Shown here piece after piece: positions 26,571 to 45,800 of a stretch of 64,000 nt of DNA. The DNA is from the human T2T-CHM13v2.0 reference genome, Homo sapiens, in NCBI RefSeq assembly GCF_009914755.1, contig NC_060926.1; one strand, 5' to 3'. The first letter of the stretch is position 1. Each line of letters opens with the position of its first letter. The translations under genes and the position numbers were made by a program. A model generated the notes under the pieces. That model searched no databases and was not told the origin of the DNA. It saw only the letters and a program-made list of their open reading frames with translations.

Positions 26571-27604
26571 CATTTCTCTGGACATCCACTCTAGCTCAAG
26601 AGAATTAGTGACATTCCTATCACCAATATTTGGCATTGGCTAGTGTTATCCCATCTGGGAAGAGGCAAAATTACACAATGGGAAAAACCCTGGGTCAAAA
26701 GACCTAAATTCTTCATTCTTGCTTGTCACCCAGGCAATTTCCTTACCACATGCTTCCCATCTTCTCTTCTGGAATTTCCTTATATATTGGAGGGAGACAA
26801 TAGTTTCTGCCCTGCCTAGGTCACAGTGTGTTTTAAGGATCTAGAAATACATTTAAAATGAAGTCTGAAAACTGTAGAATAATATGCAAATTTGAGTGTC
26901 ATTATTACTCCCACTATAATTCCATTCTCAGTCTTCTTTCTCAATAGTTATAACAATTTGTTTTACCTGCATATTTCAATGATATGCTTCCAGAAGATAT
27001 GGAAAAATAAGACTTTAGATATTTGCAGATGTTTTGTGTATGTAGAAGCATATAAAATTGACAGCCAACCAATTGGCCTTAAATTAAGGTATCAGTCTTT
27101 ACTGATAGTATTAGTCATAAGCATAAGTGATGTCATTCTTGTATTCTGAAAACGGTTCTCTGAGAGCAGATACTAAACACAAAATGCTGTTAAAGTATTA
27201 ATTCTTAGGTAAACCAAACTTCTAGATGGTGGACACTTCTCTGTAATTTCTGTCTAGATATTTGCCCCCCAACCCAAAACTGGGAACGGGAATATGAATT
27301 ATCAAAATTTTTGATAATGCATATCAAAAAATTTTTTAAATCTGTATTTCTTTAAACTAAGAAATCCCAGCTGCAATAATTTATCCTAAGTAAAAAATTA
27401 AGGATGTAAACTGGATGCAAATAAAGACACAGTACTCTCTGTAACAGGAAAAATAAGAAAAAACATAACAGCGTAGCAATAGCAGGATGGTTAAATACAT
27501 CAGCATATATTCAAATAATGAAGACAAAGGAAAAATCTATATTTTTACTTTAATCTTATATTTTTAACATGAATCATATTAAAAATAAAAAGCAACTAGT
27601 CTAG

Positions 27605-29760
<2,156 letters not shown>

Positions 29761-30623
29761 ATCCTCAGACATCAGTCTTCAGGACTCTAATTAAGACAGG
29801 AGGTGGAAAGAAAGGAGGAAAGAAAATATTCCCCAGTGACTCAGAAATAGGAATAATACCTCACTTTTCCAATTTGCCTTTATTACAAATGGCCAGCCCC
29901 ATTCTCTGAGAATCAGATCTTACTTAGCTCATTGGTATGTAATAAATTTAAGTTTGCTGAAGAGATTAGGTGAGATCAATTGATATAACATATGTGAAAG
30001 CATTTTTGTACATAATAAAAGTTACCTATTATTAATAGTATTTTTTAAGTTAGAGATTCCCTGTGATTATTCTGTTTAGTGTTTTATTATTTGCATGTTA
30101 TTTTTAAGTTGCAAATTTGGTGCATTTTCTTCGTCGAGATTTTTGTTAATCATATTTCACACCATGAAGTTGGAAATACTGCCATAAAAATGTCATACCA
30201 TTTTATTATGTTTATTTCATTAATAGAAAGTGAAAAGATTTTAATGAGTTAAAAGTTGAAAATCATCTTTTGCTTCCTTATACAGTTCATATTTTCAATA
30301 AGAAAAAGCAATTCTTGAAAAGTTTTAGTACTTAAAAATGCCTAACTGGGACTACTGACTGAATGCTGACAACCTAATGAAACTCCCAAGAAATAGTAAA
30401 CCATGTGGATTCTTTCTCTTGCTCAGAGAAGTTCCATACACTTCAGGACAGGCTTTAGGTAAACACTGCATGAAGTCTCTCAAACGCCAGGGCTGCAGCT
30501 TTAATTTCATGTGGCCAGTTCCCAAACAGGAAGGTAACAATACATTAAGAAAACAAAGATAAGGGATGGAAGGAGAAAGTGAAAGGGAGATGGGCAGAAT
30601 GAGAGAAGAGAGATTGAGTTTAA

Positions 30624-30987
<364 letters not shown>

Positions 30988-32289
30988 AGAACTTCACTTC
31001 TGTAAAAGCAGGAAGCATGGCTGATTCTATGTATGCTTTATTGATTTTTGTAAAATAATAAATGATAAGAGAGAGATTTATTGCAACTTTAGCAAAATAC
31101 ACTCTTTGGAAAACAAGACTGATGTCAATGTGATGGTACACAAAATATGAGCTGCCTTCAAGGGAGCTCATTTTATATCATGATTCAAAGAAATACATAG
31201 CTTTTTCCCATTGGCTTTAATAATTTATACAAATCTTTGGTAACTTAAGTGAATGTTTTGGTTTTCACTGTGTGGAGCAGTTATATTTCATAATGAATGG
31301 ACTAACAAATCCTACAGAGTCAGATGGGCTTAGTGCCCTCTCCCTTTGCTGATTGAATTAATTTACTGCTCTAAGCCTCCTATGCCCACTCAGCACCACC
31401 CCACAAGCACTTTCTAAAGCAACTGTGCTTTCATTTAAAGCCTCTACTGAAACAAACTTTGGTGATAAAAATAATAATTTCCTTTAGTTCAGCATCCTGA
31501 GTTGTTTTCATCTTTAGCAAACAACTCTCCAAAACCACTTTTACTCTCTAATTTGTTCTGTTCCATTCTTATTGGAAAGCAAAGGACAGAGACATTGTGA
31601 TAGCTTGTTCTGAAGCTTCTAAGTAAGATCTCTTTTTGAAGGGATTGATTTGGAAACCACTCTAACTCAACTAGGGAGGCCTTCACTGCATTTACTTGAA
31701 ACCGTTTCTAAGATGACCTTAAAAATAATTCTTTAAATTTTCCACAGTAGGAAAACAATTACAAATTCTCTGAATACCATTTTTTTCCATTTTCATTAGA
31801 GAAAAAACAGCTCTCTATTCAACTCCTCTTTTTTCTTAGCAGTTTTCTGTATTGTCAACAAAATTCTAATTGTGATATAAGTCTGGAATATTTTTAAGAA
31901 ATGTAAAAATTCACATTGTCTGGAGAGCTTCCAAAAGAAAATAAAACTTCTCCAGTTTGGAAAATGGCCAGCAGAATGTAGTCAAAATTTCAGAAAACAC
32001 TTTAGGAAGATTTATTTTTTCAGAAAGTCTTATACTGAAAAGTTGGAATATATAGCCTAATTAATGTTTAATGCTGGCAGACAAATGCAAAGGGGAAAGC
32101 AGCCAAGCTTCAATGGCCACTTCCCTAAAGAGAAATAGAAACTTCATAATCAATCAACATGATGCATTTATTGTGCAATCTATTATATGTCTATCACTAT
32201 TCTATGTGTTGTGGGGAATACAGAAGAATGAGAAACCAGAAGCTTTGACTCGTTGGAATGACAACACCAAATGATCCAGAGAACTTCTC

Positions 32290-32580
32290 TTTTTTAATTA
32301 TTGCTTTTAACTGACATGCAATAATTGCGCATATGTATGGAGTACAGTGTGATATTTCAGTATATGATAATGTGTAATGATCAAATCAGGCTAATTAGCA
32401 TGTCTAACACCTCAAACATTTGTATTTTTTTGGTGTTAGAAACATTCAAAATCCTCTCTTCTAGCTATTTAAACAATACAATAAATTATTTTTAACTGTA
32501 GTTACCCCTCAGTGCTATAGAACACTAGAATTTATTTCTCCTTTCTAGCTGTAATTTTGTATCTGTTAACCAGCTTATCT
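32290..32580 (-). mobile_element. L1MA 3' end, antisense
   Basis: aataattgcgcatatgtatggagtacagtgtgatattt...tgatcaaatcagg...gtgctatagaacactagaa. Confidence 0.85.
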
Positions 32581-32619
32581 TTACACCAGTTTCTACTGGC
32601 TTCAACTGGCTCTGAATCT

Positions 32620-33777
<1,158 letters not shown>

Positions 33778-33994
33778 ATAGTGGATTTTTCTAAAAGGAG
33801 AACTCTATACCATTCCTTTTTGTTTTTTCATCTACTGACACTTTATCAATTATTCTTACTCCTATGATTTCTTCCATGCCTACCACAAAGGGTTGATGAC
33901 TAGGTCATATATAAATAAGTTTACTTTGTAAATTGTAAAGGGCTATATAAGTTTGTATACCACCACTATATCCTATGTTATCCTCATACTATTT

Positions 33995-34715
33995 TTTTAA
34001 AGCCACTATATCTCTACTCCTTAAGCATGAGTTGCACAAAGTGACTTTGTCACAAAGGGTAGTGTATGGAAAAGAAAAAAAGAAGAGTAAATTTGCAGTG
34101 GAGTGCTGACAAACACTGCTTCAGCCAGGTAATCAAGGTAAGCATCAACAGTAATATGTTATTTTGATAGCACATACCCTCAATAACCTTGATACAATGT
34201 AATGAAAACAACACTTTACCTCTGTTGTCTTCCACTCAGAAACTTATAACCCCAGTCTAATCATAAGGAAAAAAAAAAAGACAATTCCCAGGTAAGAGAC
34301 ATTCTAGAATATTCTTGACCTGTACTCCTCAAAATTCTCAAGGTCATCAAAAACAAAGAAAGTCTGAGAAAGAGTCACAGTCAATATTGTGAATACTAAA
34401 TGCAATGTTGTATCCTGGATGGGATCTTGGAAGAAAAAAAAAGGCCAGTAACTGAAAACTAAGAAAATCTCATCACTGAAGTATAGAATTTAGTTTAATA
34501 GCAATGTTTTCACATCAGTTCATCCATTCTGACAAATGTACATACCAACATAAGATGACATATGTAACAAACCTGCACTTTGTGCACATGTACCCTAGAA
34601 CTTAAAGTATAATTAAAAATAAAAAATAAGGGAAACTAGGTGTGGGGCACAAGGGAACTCTACTGTTTTTGCAATTTTTCTGAAATCTGAAGTATTATAA
34701 ACTAAGAATTTTAGT
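33995..34715 (+). mobile_element. L1MC-type 3' fragment containing a tiny L1PA 3' end
   Basis: gtactcctcaaaattctcaaggtcatcaaaaacaaagaaagtctgagaa...gtatcctggatgggatcttgga. Confidence 0.8.
34560..34627 (+). mobile_element. Ultra-short L1PA 3' terminus
   Basis: atatgtaacaaacctgcactttgtgcacatgtaccctagaacttaaagtataat plus A-rich tail. Confidence 0.85.
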
Positions 34716-34751
34716 TAACTTTTAAAAATAATATACAAAAACAGCATAAGG

Positions 34752-35108
<357 letters not shown>

Positions 35109-35704
35109 TTAACATAAATTTCCTAATTAAGAAATTCTATTCATGCTCATTTGGGTCAATAAATCTCACCCACTTCTTAACATAGACCTCTCAGGTAAGC
35201 CATAAATGTTGGGAACGTGAAGTCAAATATAGTGGATATTTTGAAAATATGATTTGGAAAAATGAAATAGAGGTTCTTACATTTAGATGACTTAAAGTAG
35301 TTGCTCTAAAATCACATCAGCTTTAGAATTTGATCATATAGTTTACTATATATTTATTAGAATGATACTTACATTGTAAATGCCATTATGATATTTTTCC
35401 CCTACAATGTTGATAAATGAGATGGGAAAGGCATTTTTCAAAATCTAACATTTGAATACATAATTACAGTTTACTATTTTCTACCTTACTGTTGGATTTG
35501 AGATAATTCATTTGTGTTTAATTGATCTATTATTCAGAATAACCATAATTTTAGTTAATAAAAGTAACTTGTCTGAGAATAATTTCTAGGAATTAGCCCA
35601 AATAGTTAAATAATCCATCTAGAAAGTATTCCTTTCCTAGTTACTATTTTAATCTTTTGTTTCACCTTGGAATATCTGACTCATTAATGATAACTTATCT
35701 ATCA

Positions 35705-36157
<453 letters not shown>

Positions 36158-38062
36158 TTAAAGTCTTGTAACCCAGTTACAAGTTAAAGCCTTGTAACCC
36201 AGTTCATCAGCAACACTTTGCTTCCACATCTCTTTTGGGAACTTGCCAAGCTCTTCACCTCTTAAACTGTAAGAGATCTTAGTGATTATTACTTCTGTCT
36301 TTTAACTTTACATATAAAAATATTGAGAAATGGAAAGGTCAGGTATTCTACCTGAAGGGCACACTGAGGTGGGATGAAATCTCTAGACCTCCAGCTACTG
36401 CCTCAATGTATCCTCTTTCCATCCACAACCACAATAGTGTTCAGTTGTATTTGGAAGACGACTATTCCATGACTGGCTCTGAACCACCATGTAGAGACTC
36501 ATAATACATGTTAGCACAGTAAAGACTTGGAAAAACCTTTTAGTTAAGAAATTCACTTTTTTTAAACTTAAATTTTCCAAAATTATTTAATATTATGAAA
36601 TACCTTTTTTGAAATATTACCTTTTGCCACTTTGAAAAAGACTCTTGGGGAAAACTTAATCCTACATTGTTCAAAATAATGAAATTAACCCAAGTAATGA
36701 AAATTATTGCGTTTGTAATAGAAATATCCAACCTTGCCTTCTTTCCAAACGTTTCTCATTTCTTTGGCTTTCAGCGGCCATGACATTTCAAATTGGCTAA
36801 CCGAGAGTTTAAATTTTTAAACATGGATGAACACGTGAAAAGGATTAGGTGGCATGTGCTATGCAGAGTGGAGGAGGGATGAAACACTGAATCGGTGGGA
36901 AAATAATAAAAATTACATGATCTACAAAATATTTTTTCATACACATTTTTTTCTAACCTCCCTAAGTAAAGGTCATACTGACTGCCAGTTAATAAAATCA
37001 GCAACTGCTCTTGGGAGAAACTTCAGGAATGTCACATTTTGTGCAGCACAAGAATATAATAAAACATAGAACCCATGACCCCTTTATGGGTAGCAAAAAA
37101 TATTATTTTAAATATAAGTAGAAATGAATACAGTAGAACAGACTAGAAAATAGAGAATATCTATTTTCTAGTATTACTTAATAGTAATAACTTGAATACA
37201 TGCATTATGTCTTGTTATTAAATTTCTTACTGTATATTGGGGTAAAACAATGCTTGTAAAACAGTTATTAGAGCACCATTCAGATATAAAACAAATATTT
37301 TAAAACCTTTGTATAGCTTAAATTATTGTGAAAAAGCACAAATATTGAAGTATTTCTATGGAGAAGAACACTACCCTATGTACTAAGAAAAACAGTTGCA
37401 CAATATTACATCTGGCTGGGTTGTCCATTCTTTATACTACATGCCACAAAAACAGAAATCACAGGAATACTAAGTAGGGCATGTTCAGCAGTGTGTAAGA
37501 GAAAGCAATAAACCAAAGGACTGAGCTAGCAGTAGAGAATATCTTAAACACCAAAATCTGCAGATGGAGCTGGGCTAACTAGAAGGAATGTCTTAATGAA
37601 TACAGAAGTTTGACTAAAGTAGGGGATTCAGAAAGTGTCCGAAGATCTAGTTCATGCTATTTGTATAAACTACAGTACAGAATTCAGGATTAATGCTAAG
37701 ATCTAAATTTAAGGAGAAACTTTATGAGAACAGGGGACTGAAGTAACACAAAACAGACTTATACACTACTTCAATGTAATTCCAAATGTGAGTAGATTTT
37801 AAGGAAACCAAAATTACAAGGAAAATCGGTGGAACTAAAGAGAGCTCAAGCTAAAAACATAAAAAAGCAAATGAATTAAACATAGCTGAAGCTTGGGTGG
37901 CATTCAGCCAACTAGGAAGAAAGGGTCTGGAAGAAATCAGGAGACTTCTGAAATTGCATCTGAAAGTAAACAGGGGCAACAGCAAGCATTTATTGATTGC
38001 TTAATTCCGTTCATGCATTTATTTGTTAATATCTTAACTCACTAATTTAAACAATACGTATT

Positions 38063-38393
<331 letters not shown>

Positions 38394-38779
38394 TCAAGGC
38401 CAGGATTCTTAACACCAAAACTACTATTTCTTAAAATAGGCATTATAAAATCAGCAAAGGTTTCAGGGAAAATCCTAGCATTGTTGCGTATAACATTAGA
38501 AGCAAAAAAAAGAATGACATGCTTCTTGATATAGGCATATTGATATCAAAGAAAGAATAAAACCAATAGCTTAAAGTTGAGGGCAAAAACAAAAAATGTA
38601 AAGAACAGATAAATAAATAACTAAAGTAAGTATAACATTTGGGGGTAATTTGTGGAAGATTTATGCAGTCCTATACATTTCACCATGACTCAGTTCAAAA
38701 ATGATATTCCTAAAGATAACACTGACTCATTTAAAAGGTGTGGTATTATAAGAGTAACTAGCATATCTTAACTATGTAT

Positions 38780-38985
38780 CATGCATATCATATGCATTAT
38801 CTTATTTAATCCTGACTGTAAACTTGCTATTCTTAATTTATGCCTACATTGCTTCTTATTTGCAAAATAAACAAATAAACTGAGTGTTAGAGATGTTAAG
38901 TAACTCATCCAACTATCTCATTAATAAATAGAAGGAGTTGACATTTGAATCTAGGTTTGTTTGACCACAGTCTGTTTACTTAATA
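38780..38985 (-). mobile_element. MIR
   Basis: atcttatttaatcct...aaactgagtgttagagatgttaagtaact...atttgaatctagg. Confidence 0.7.
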
Positions 38986-39059
38986 ACTTCTTTACCTTTA
39001 ACATAATCTATTTTAAGGAACAAAATTAAATTATATACTTTTAAAATATTACACTTGGG

Positions 39060-39138
39060 GGCCAGATATGGTGACTTATCCTGCAATCCCAACACTTTGG
39101 TAGGCTAAGGTGGGAAGAGCACTTAAGACCAGGAGCTA
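39060..39138 (+). mobile_element. 3'-truncated Alu left-arm fragment (AluJ/FLAM-like) without poly-A
   Basis: ggccagatatggtg...aatcccaacactttgg...cacttaagaccaggag; flanked by aaatattacac on both sides. Confidence 0.8.
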
Positions 39139-41255
39139 TACAAATATTACACATAGTACTATTCTCAAGGGGGATTATAGTCCATCTGGCTCTACAAGGT
39201 ATGAAAACAAAAACAAAGTAATTTTAGAGAGTATTTGAAGTCACAGTTAATGTGTCGTGAGAGCTGAAAGGTAACAATCACTGTGAACTGACATAACTGG
39301 AGAAATATGGAACATTTGGACTTGACTCAGGTTTTGAGGACATGTTTGAATGGATGGAGAGGTAGAAGGTGAACATATTTGGATTGAGGAAAATGTGGAG
39401 GTCATGTGGAAGTCGGAAGCAAAAGCAAAATCTCACCAGAGAAAACAATAATCATCCTGAATTGATTGTGGAGGGAAGACCGTGAAAAAGCAGCCTATCT
39501 TGTGAATAGATGCTAGCAGGGAATACTGAACTTGGAATTTAGAGAGGTAGAGAGGATCATATTACAAACCCCATAAAACCCAATCAAGAAGCTTGAACAT
39601 CTGCTTGTAAATAATGGAAGACTAATAAAATCTTATGTGAGAATGTCTTCATACTTCTAACTCAATCAAGGCTTCTCCAGTCTCCAAGCTCAGACAAATG
39701 TATGTTGTTATTAAGGGGCATTAAATTTCACTTCTCAATGATTAAAAATATCACCTGTATATAACAAGTCAGAGAGGTACTCTCAGTTTTTCATAGAATC
39801 TGTTGATAAGAGGTCTTACAGGCAAAATAAAAGCCATCTAGGTCCAAAGTTTTGTTCCCTTTTCTAATGCAGCCTTCCAGCAAAATGAAATTTTGAATCT
39901 CAGTAAAAGATTGGTCCTATTGACCTCAGTTTGTAATAGCTGCCCTGATTTCGTGAGTAAAATCAGAACGTATTATCTTCAATCCTGATCCAGCATTCTG
40001 GTAAGACTGATTTCTCTACCCTAATAGTTATATCCTTCTTGATACAAATGCTGATCCCTCAGATCTCTAAAAACTGTCAGCCTCTGAGGTCAGTAATTAT
40101 TTCCTAATCATCAGCTCAAAAATATTTTTAAGGTACTTTAATGTCAGGAATAGCTATAATCCTGCTATACTTTCATTAAAAGAAAATTTGGCAGAGCATT
40201 GCTTTTCTAAGTACCATTTGCCCAGAGATAGTTGCCTGAATAGAAAGAAAAAACAACCTGATGACATTCATTTTATATATTATCATAATCTAATAATATT
40301 TTAGTTAGCAGGCATCCATTATCAGCCTAATACTGTGTTTGACACTAAGGATTCCACTATGAAAAAAAACAAAAGACACAAAGACAAACACTAATTAAAT
40401 AATAAGTACATGTCATTTTTAAATTGTGATAAAATTAAAGTTGATTATTTGAAAAGGGATGAAATTTGATAAATTTCTGGTCAGACTGATCAAAAAAGAG
40501 ATAAAATATAAATCACCAAGATTTAAATACATTTAAAATTAATCAAATATAATGAACAACTTATGACTTAGCAAGCTACTGCACAATGAAATAGAAAATA
40601 TGAATAAACATATCTGTTTTTAAAACTGAATTTGTTGAGGAATCATCCCACAAACAACATTCTTGTGAATTCTATCACATCTTTAAGAAAGAAATGACAT
40701 TAATCTTATTCAATCTCCTTCAGAAAATAGATGGGAAGGAACATTTTCCAACATGCGTTATTGATGTCAGCATGCCACTGATACCAAAACAAAATTGTTA
40801 CCAAAAAAAGATTACAGACTAATACATTTTATAAATACAGGCACAAAATACCAAACACAAAATATTAAAAACTTGAATCCAGCAATTTACAAAAAGGATA
40901 ATGCATCATAAACAAGTAGTGTTTATTCTATAGTTAATATTTCTAAAAAACATTGTAATTTGCCATATTAACAGGTTAAAAGAGATCTGTGATCATCTTA
41001 ATAAAAAGAAGAAAAGCCCTTGACAAAATTTAACACCGATTTATGATTACTTATATAAGTTGTGAAAATCAATTTGATAAAGTGCACCTATGAAAATTTA
41101 TAGCTAATATCACTTATAGCTAATATCACTTATTGTGAAATATTGAAACATTTCCCATATTGGGAACAAGGAAAGGATGTTTTACTCTCATCACCTTATC
41201 ATTGTGCTGGAGCTCCTAGCCATTGCAATGAGATAAGATAAATAAATAAAAAGCA

Positions 41256-41626
<371 letters not shown>

Positions 41627-41670
41627 TTATTTAGACAATATTAGAAACTCTACCAAAATGCTGCAAGAAC

Positions 41671-41887
41671 TGTGTTAGACTGTATTTCCAAAAATAATCA
41701 CTCCAAAATTTCCAGTGTCATATGCTCTTCTAGAGTCTTGCTACTCCCCCATCTGGAGGTGGAGTCTTTTCCCCATTCCTTAAAACTGGACAATTTTGTG
41801 ACTGTCTTCAAGAATAGAATGCAGAGGAAGGGATTTCTGAAATTGGGTCCTAACAGATAATACATCTTCCACTCAGTACACTGGCAT

Positions 41888-41942
<55 letters not shown>

Positions 41943-42234
41943 TACCCTTAGGACCAAGCCACTACAAAATGAAGAATTCAAGCAGCCATTTGAATGGCCA
42001 TGTCTTGGTGTTCCAACCACATGCCTAGTTATGTAACCAGCCTACAATCAGCATCAATCACCAGAAATTAATGAGTGAGCCTTCCAATTATTCCAGTTGC
42101 TAGTCCTTGAGGTGCCCCAGCTAACACTGAGTGGAGCAGAGACAAGCTGCCCCACACCCAGAGAGCTCTGCCTAAATTGCAGGATTATGACAAAACATTC
42201 TTTTGTTTTAAGTTGCTAAGTTGGGATCAGAACA
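41671..42234 (+). mobile_element. MLT1 (E/F-like) solo LTR
   Basis: TG...CA termini with 5-bp TSD AGAAC at 41666-41670 and 42235-42239; gtggagcagagacaagctgcccc motif. Confidence 0.8.
41890..41937 (+). repeat. Pure (TC)n microsatellite, about 24 units
   Basis: Direct reading of the sequence. Confidence 0.95.
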
Positions 42235-42447
42235 AGAACTACTACCAGAACAAGAACTACTAAGTGATTTTAGTGAAATAACAAAATCAACATACAAAAT
42301 CAACATACAGTCAATTGGATTTTCATCCATACTAGTGGTAAATGGTAAGTAAGTTTTTCAATAATCCACTTACAATAGTATCCCCAAAAATATACACAAA
42401 AATCTTTAGAAATAAATTTAACAAAAGAAATATAGACCTCTGCACTA

Positions 42448-42869
42448 CATATTAGTCACCTCAGACTGTCATAGATACAAGAAACTTAGGTGGCTTAAAC
42501 AACAGAAATGTATTTTCTCACAGTTCTGAAGGCTGGAAGTTTGAGATCAGCACAGATAGTCTATGTGCTGCACAGTCAGGCTCTTGTCAGGGTTCTCTTC
42601 CTGGCTTAGAAATAGCCACCTTCTCAATCTCTTTACTCCATAAGGGCACTTCGGTGAGAGAGATCAAGCCCTCTGGTGCCTCTCCTTATAAAAACAGTTG
42701 TGCACATGTACCCTAAAACTTAAAGTATAATTTAAAAAAATAATACTATCAGACCAAGGTCTCACTCTAATCACCTAATTACCTCCCAAAGTCCTATCTC
42801 CAAATTCCGTTGAAGATTAGAGCTTCAGCATATGAGTTGTGGTGGGATATAAACATTCAGTCTGAAACA
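42448..42869 (-). mobile_element. MLT1A-like solo LTR
   Basis: ggtggcttaaacaacagaaatgtattttctcacagttctgaaggctggaagt; degenerate TSD cacta/cagta. Confidence 0.8.
42697..42743 (+). mobile_element. Ultra-short L1PA 3' terminus inside the MLT1 LTR
   Basis: gttgtgcacatgtaccctaaaacttaaagtataat plus A-rich tail. Confidence 0.85.
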
Positions 42870-44070
42870 CAGTAAAAAATACAAAAATTGAAGAGAAAAA
42901 TAAAAGAAAACATACATATTAATGTTCAAGGATTAAGACTCTATTATGCTAAGATTTTATTAATTCTGCCCATACTTATCTGTTAATTTAATGCAATCCA
43001 AATCAGAATATTATCAGGACTTTTTGTAGGAACTAACAATTAAAAATGCATAAATGCAAACAAAATAAAATGGCAAAATCTATTTTTAAAAAGAAGAATC
43101 AAGTTGGAGTGCCTACACTAATAACAAAACCACTATAAAAATATAGTAATCAAGACTGTGGTCTAAATACAGACAAAAAGAATAGCAACAGAATGAAATC
43201 AAGGGCCCAGAAATAGACCCACATGGTCATTTAATTTCTGATAAAGGTGCCAAAGCAATTCAATGGGAAAGAGAAAGACTTTTCAACAAATAGTGCTGAG
43301 CAATCACTCAATATCCCTGTGGGGAAAAAAACAAACTTCAACCCTTGTCACACAACATACAAAAAAATAATTTGTTGTGGATCATAGACCTAAACATAAA
43401 ACCTAAAACTATACAATTTTTAGAAGAACGCATAAAAGAATATCTTCACTACTTAAAAGCAGTTTAATGTTTCTTAAGCAGGTCACAGAAATGAATAATC
43501 CTAAAAGAAAAAAGGGATCAATTAGATTTTATCAAAATAAAAACTTCCCCTTAAAACCACCATCTATAAATCAATGATCAAGCCACAAACTGGGAGAAAA
43601 TAGAATTACAATTAAATAATTAAACAAGCAAGCCATTTTAAAAAAAAGAAAGTCAAAAGAATTAGACAGACATCTCACAACTAAACTCATCCTAATAACC
43701 GATAGTACATGACAAAGTGGTGAACATCTCATTAATCTTTAGGGAAATGTGAATCAAAACCATAACGATATGTCATTATATATCCCAGAAGGGCTAAAAT
43801 TAAAGACTCAGAAGCCCAGAAGTAGCTAGGATATGGAACAACTGGAAGTCTCATGTATGCTTATGTGGATGGTAAGTACAACCACAAAAAAAATTAACAG
43901 TTTCTTATAACTTACACCTTACTTAACATATCCACATGGTATTTAAACATATCTACTCTATGATTCAGCAATTTCATCTCTAGGAATTTATACATGAGAA
44001 ATGAAAGTGTTAAGTCTACAAAAAATAACTTAGATAAGAATGTTCATAGAAGCTTTATTCATAATACCTC

Positions 44071-44472
44071 TGCTACAGTTTGAATGTTTGTTCCCCCAAA
44101 ACTTCATGTTCAAATTTAATCCCCAGGGTTGGAGGTGGGGCCTAATGGGAGGTATTTGGGTCACGGGGGCAGATTCCTCAGGAATGTCTTAGCGCCATCC
44201 TCCTGTAATGAATGAGTCCTCACTATATTGGCTCCCACAAAAGCTGGTTGTTAAAAGAGCCTGGCTCTTTCTCTTGCCTCCTTTCTCACTGTGTGATCTC
44301 TGCTCCTGCCAGCCCCCCTTCTCCTTCTGCCATGAGTAGAAGCAGCTTGAGCAGATGCTGGTGCCATGCTTCTTGTACAGCCTGCTGAACTGTGAGCCAA
44401 ATAAACTTCTTTTCTTTATAAATCACACTGCCTCAGGTGTTTCTTTATAGCAACACTAAAGGAACTAAGACA
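44071..44472 (+). mobile_element. MST (MSTB-like) solo LTR
   Basis: tgctacagtttgaatgtttg...ggaggtggggcctaatgggagg...ccaaataaacttcttttctttataaat...actaagaca. Confidence 0.85.
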
Positions 44473-45225
44473 ATTTCTAAACTGGAAAGAGCCCAGAATT
44501 CCATCATCAGAAAAACAGTTAAAGCAGCTGCTATGTATTCATATAATGTTCATTCCTTGGCAATTAAAAGGAACAAACTACTAATACATGCAACATAGAT
44601 AACTCTCAAAATTAATTGCTAAGTTACCTTATACAAGAGTTGTACTCTATGAACCAATTTAATATAACATTCTAAAATAGGTAAAATTAATATATACTAA
44701 AAATAAGTGAGAGTGATTGCCTCTGGAGTGACAGATCAGGGATTACGTAGGAAGGGGCACAAGGGCAGTTACTGGAGTAGGAGTGATGCTCTATATCTTG
44801 ATAGGAGTTTGGGTTTCATAAGTCTATGCATTGTTCAAGACTCACTGAATAGCATAACTACATTTTGTACATTTCATCATGTATACGCTATACTTCAAAT
44901 ATAAAAATGTGTTATATACATACATTCTCAAATTTATCACTCAGTTAATGATGTGCATGCTGTAAGTTTTAGTGTACTGATGTCTACAACTAATTATGAA
45001 TTTTATTAAAAACTGGATTGATCAATGCTAAACAAAGCAATGGATAAATTGATATGTGAAAAAGCAATTGATATGAATTGATATGTGAAAAAGCAAACAG
45101 AAAAATGTTAATTGTAGAATCTTAGTTTCAAGTCTGTGTGTTCACTGTACAATTCTATCAACTTTTCCATATGTTTAAAATTTTTCAGAATAACATTTTG
45201 GAAAAAATTAAAATTATGTAAGCAA

Positions 45226-45313
45226 TTTTATTTATTTATTTATTTATTTTTTATTATTATTATACTTTAAGCTTTAGGGTACATGTGCACAACGTGCAGG
45301 TTTGTTACATATG
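45226..45313 (-). mobile_element. Ultra-short L1PA 3' terminus, antisense, with (TTTA)n tail
   Basis: ttatactttaagctttagggtacatgtgcacaacgtgcaggtttgttacatatg. Confidence 0.9.
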
Positions 45314-45529
45314 TTTTAAAAGACAAATAGTGAGCTAGAGAAGTATATAATAATGAGATTTGATGGAATCAGGAATGAGTGTTTTTTTAAAAGGATGAAA
45401 TTTGCCATCTTTCTTAAGTAATCTGCTGAGGACTACAAAATACATAGCTTCTAGAAGTGGTTATTTTCTTACTATATTAGGTCTTTCTATTCTTTGTGAA
45501 GCAACTCTAAAATATATGAACTTATCAGT

Positions 45530-45800
45530 TCTACTCACTTCCCGGGCTTCAGCTTAGATGCTGTGCTCTCAGAGCAGCCGTCTCCACCACAGAAGACATT
45601 CTTGGTGTCCTGTTCTCTCTGCATTCATCATCCCTTACTTTGATTTACTTCCACAGTACCTGCATTCCCCAATAGCCTCAAAAACCCAGAAGAGCAAAGC
45701 TCATGTAAGTCTTGGTCATCACTGTATTCCAAGTTCCTAGAAGAGTGCTTTTGCATAGCAGGTATTAAATAAATGTAGATCAGATGAATGAATGATGAAT
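45530..45800 (+). mobile_element. L2 3' fragment
   Basis: tcactgtattccaagttcctagaagagtgc...catagcagg...gatgaatgaatga. Confidence 0.7.
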
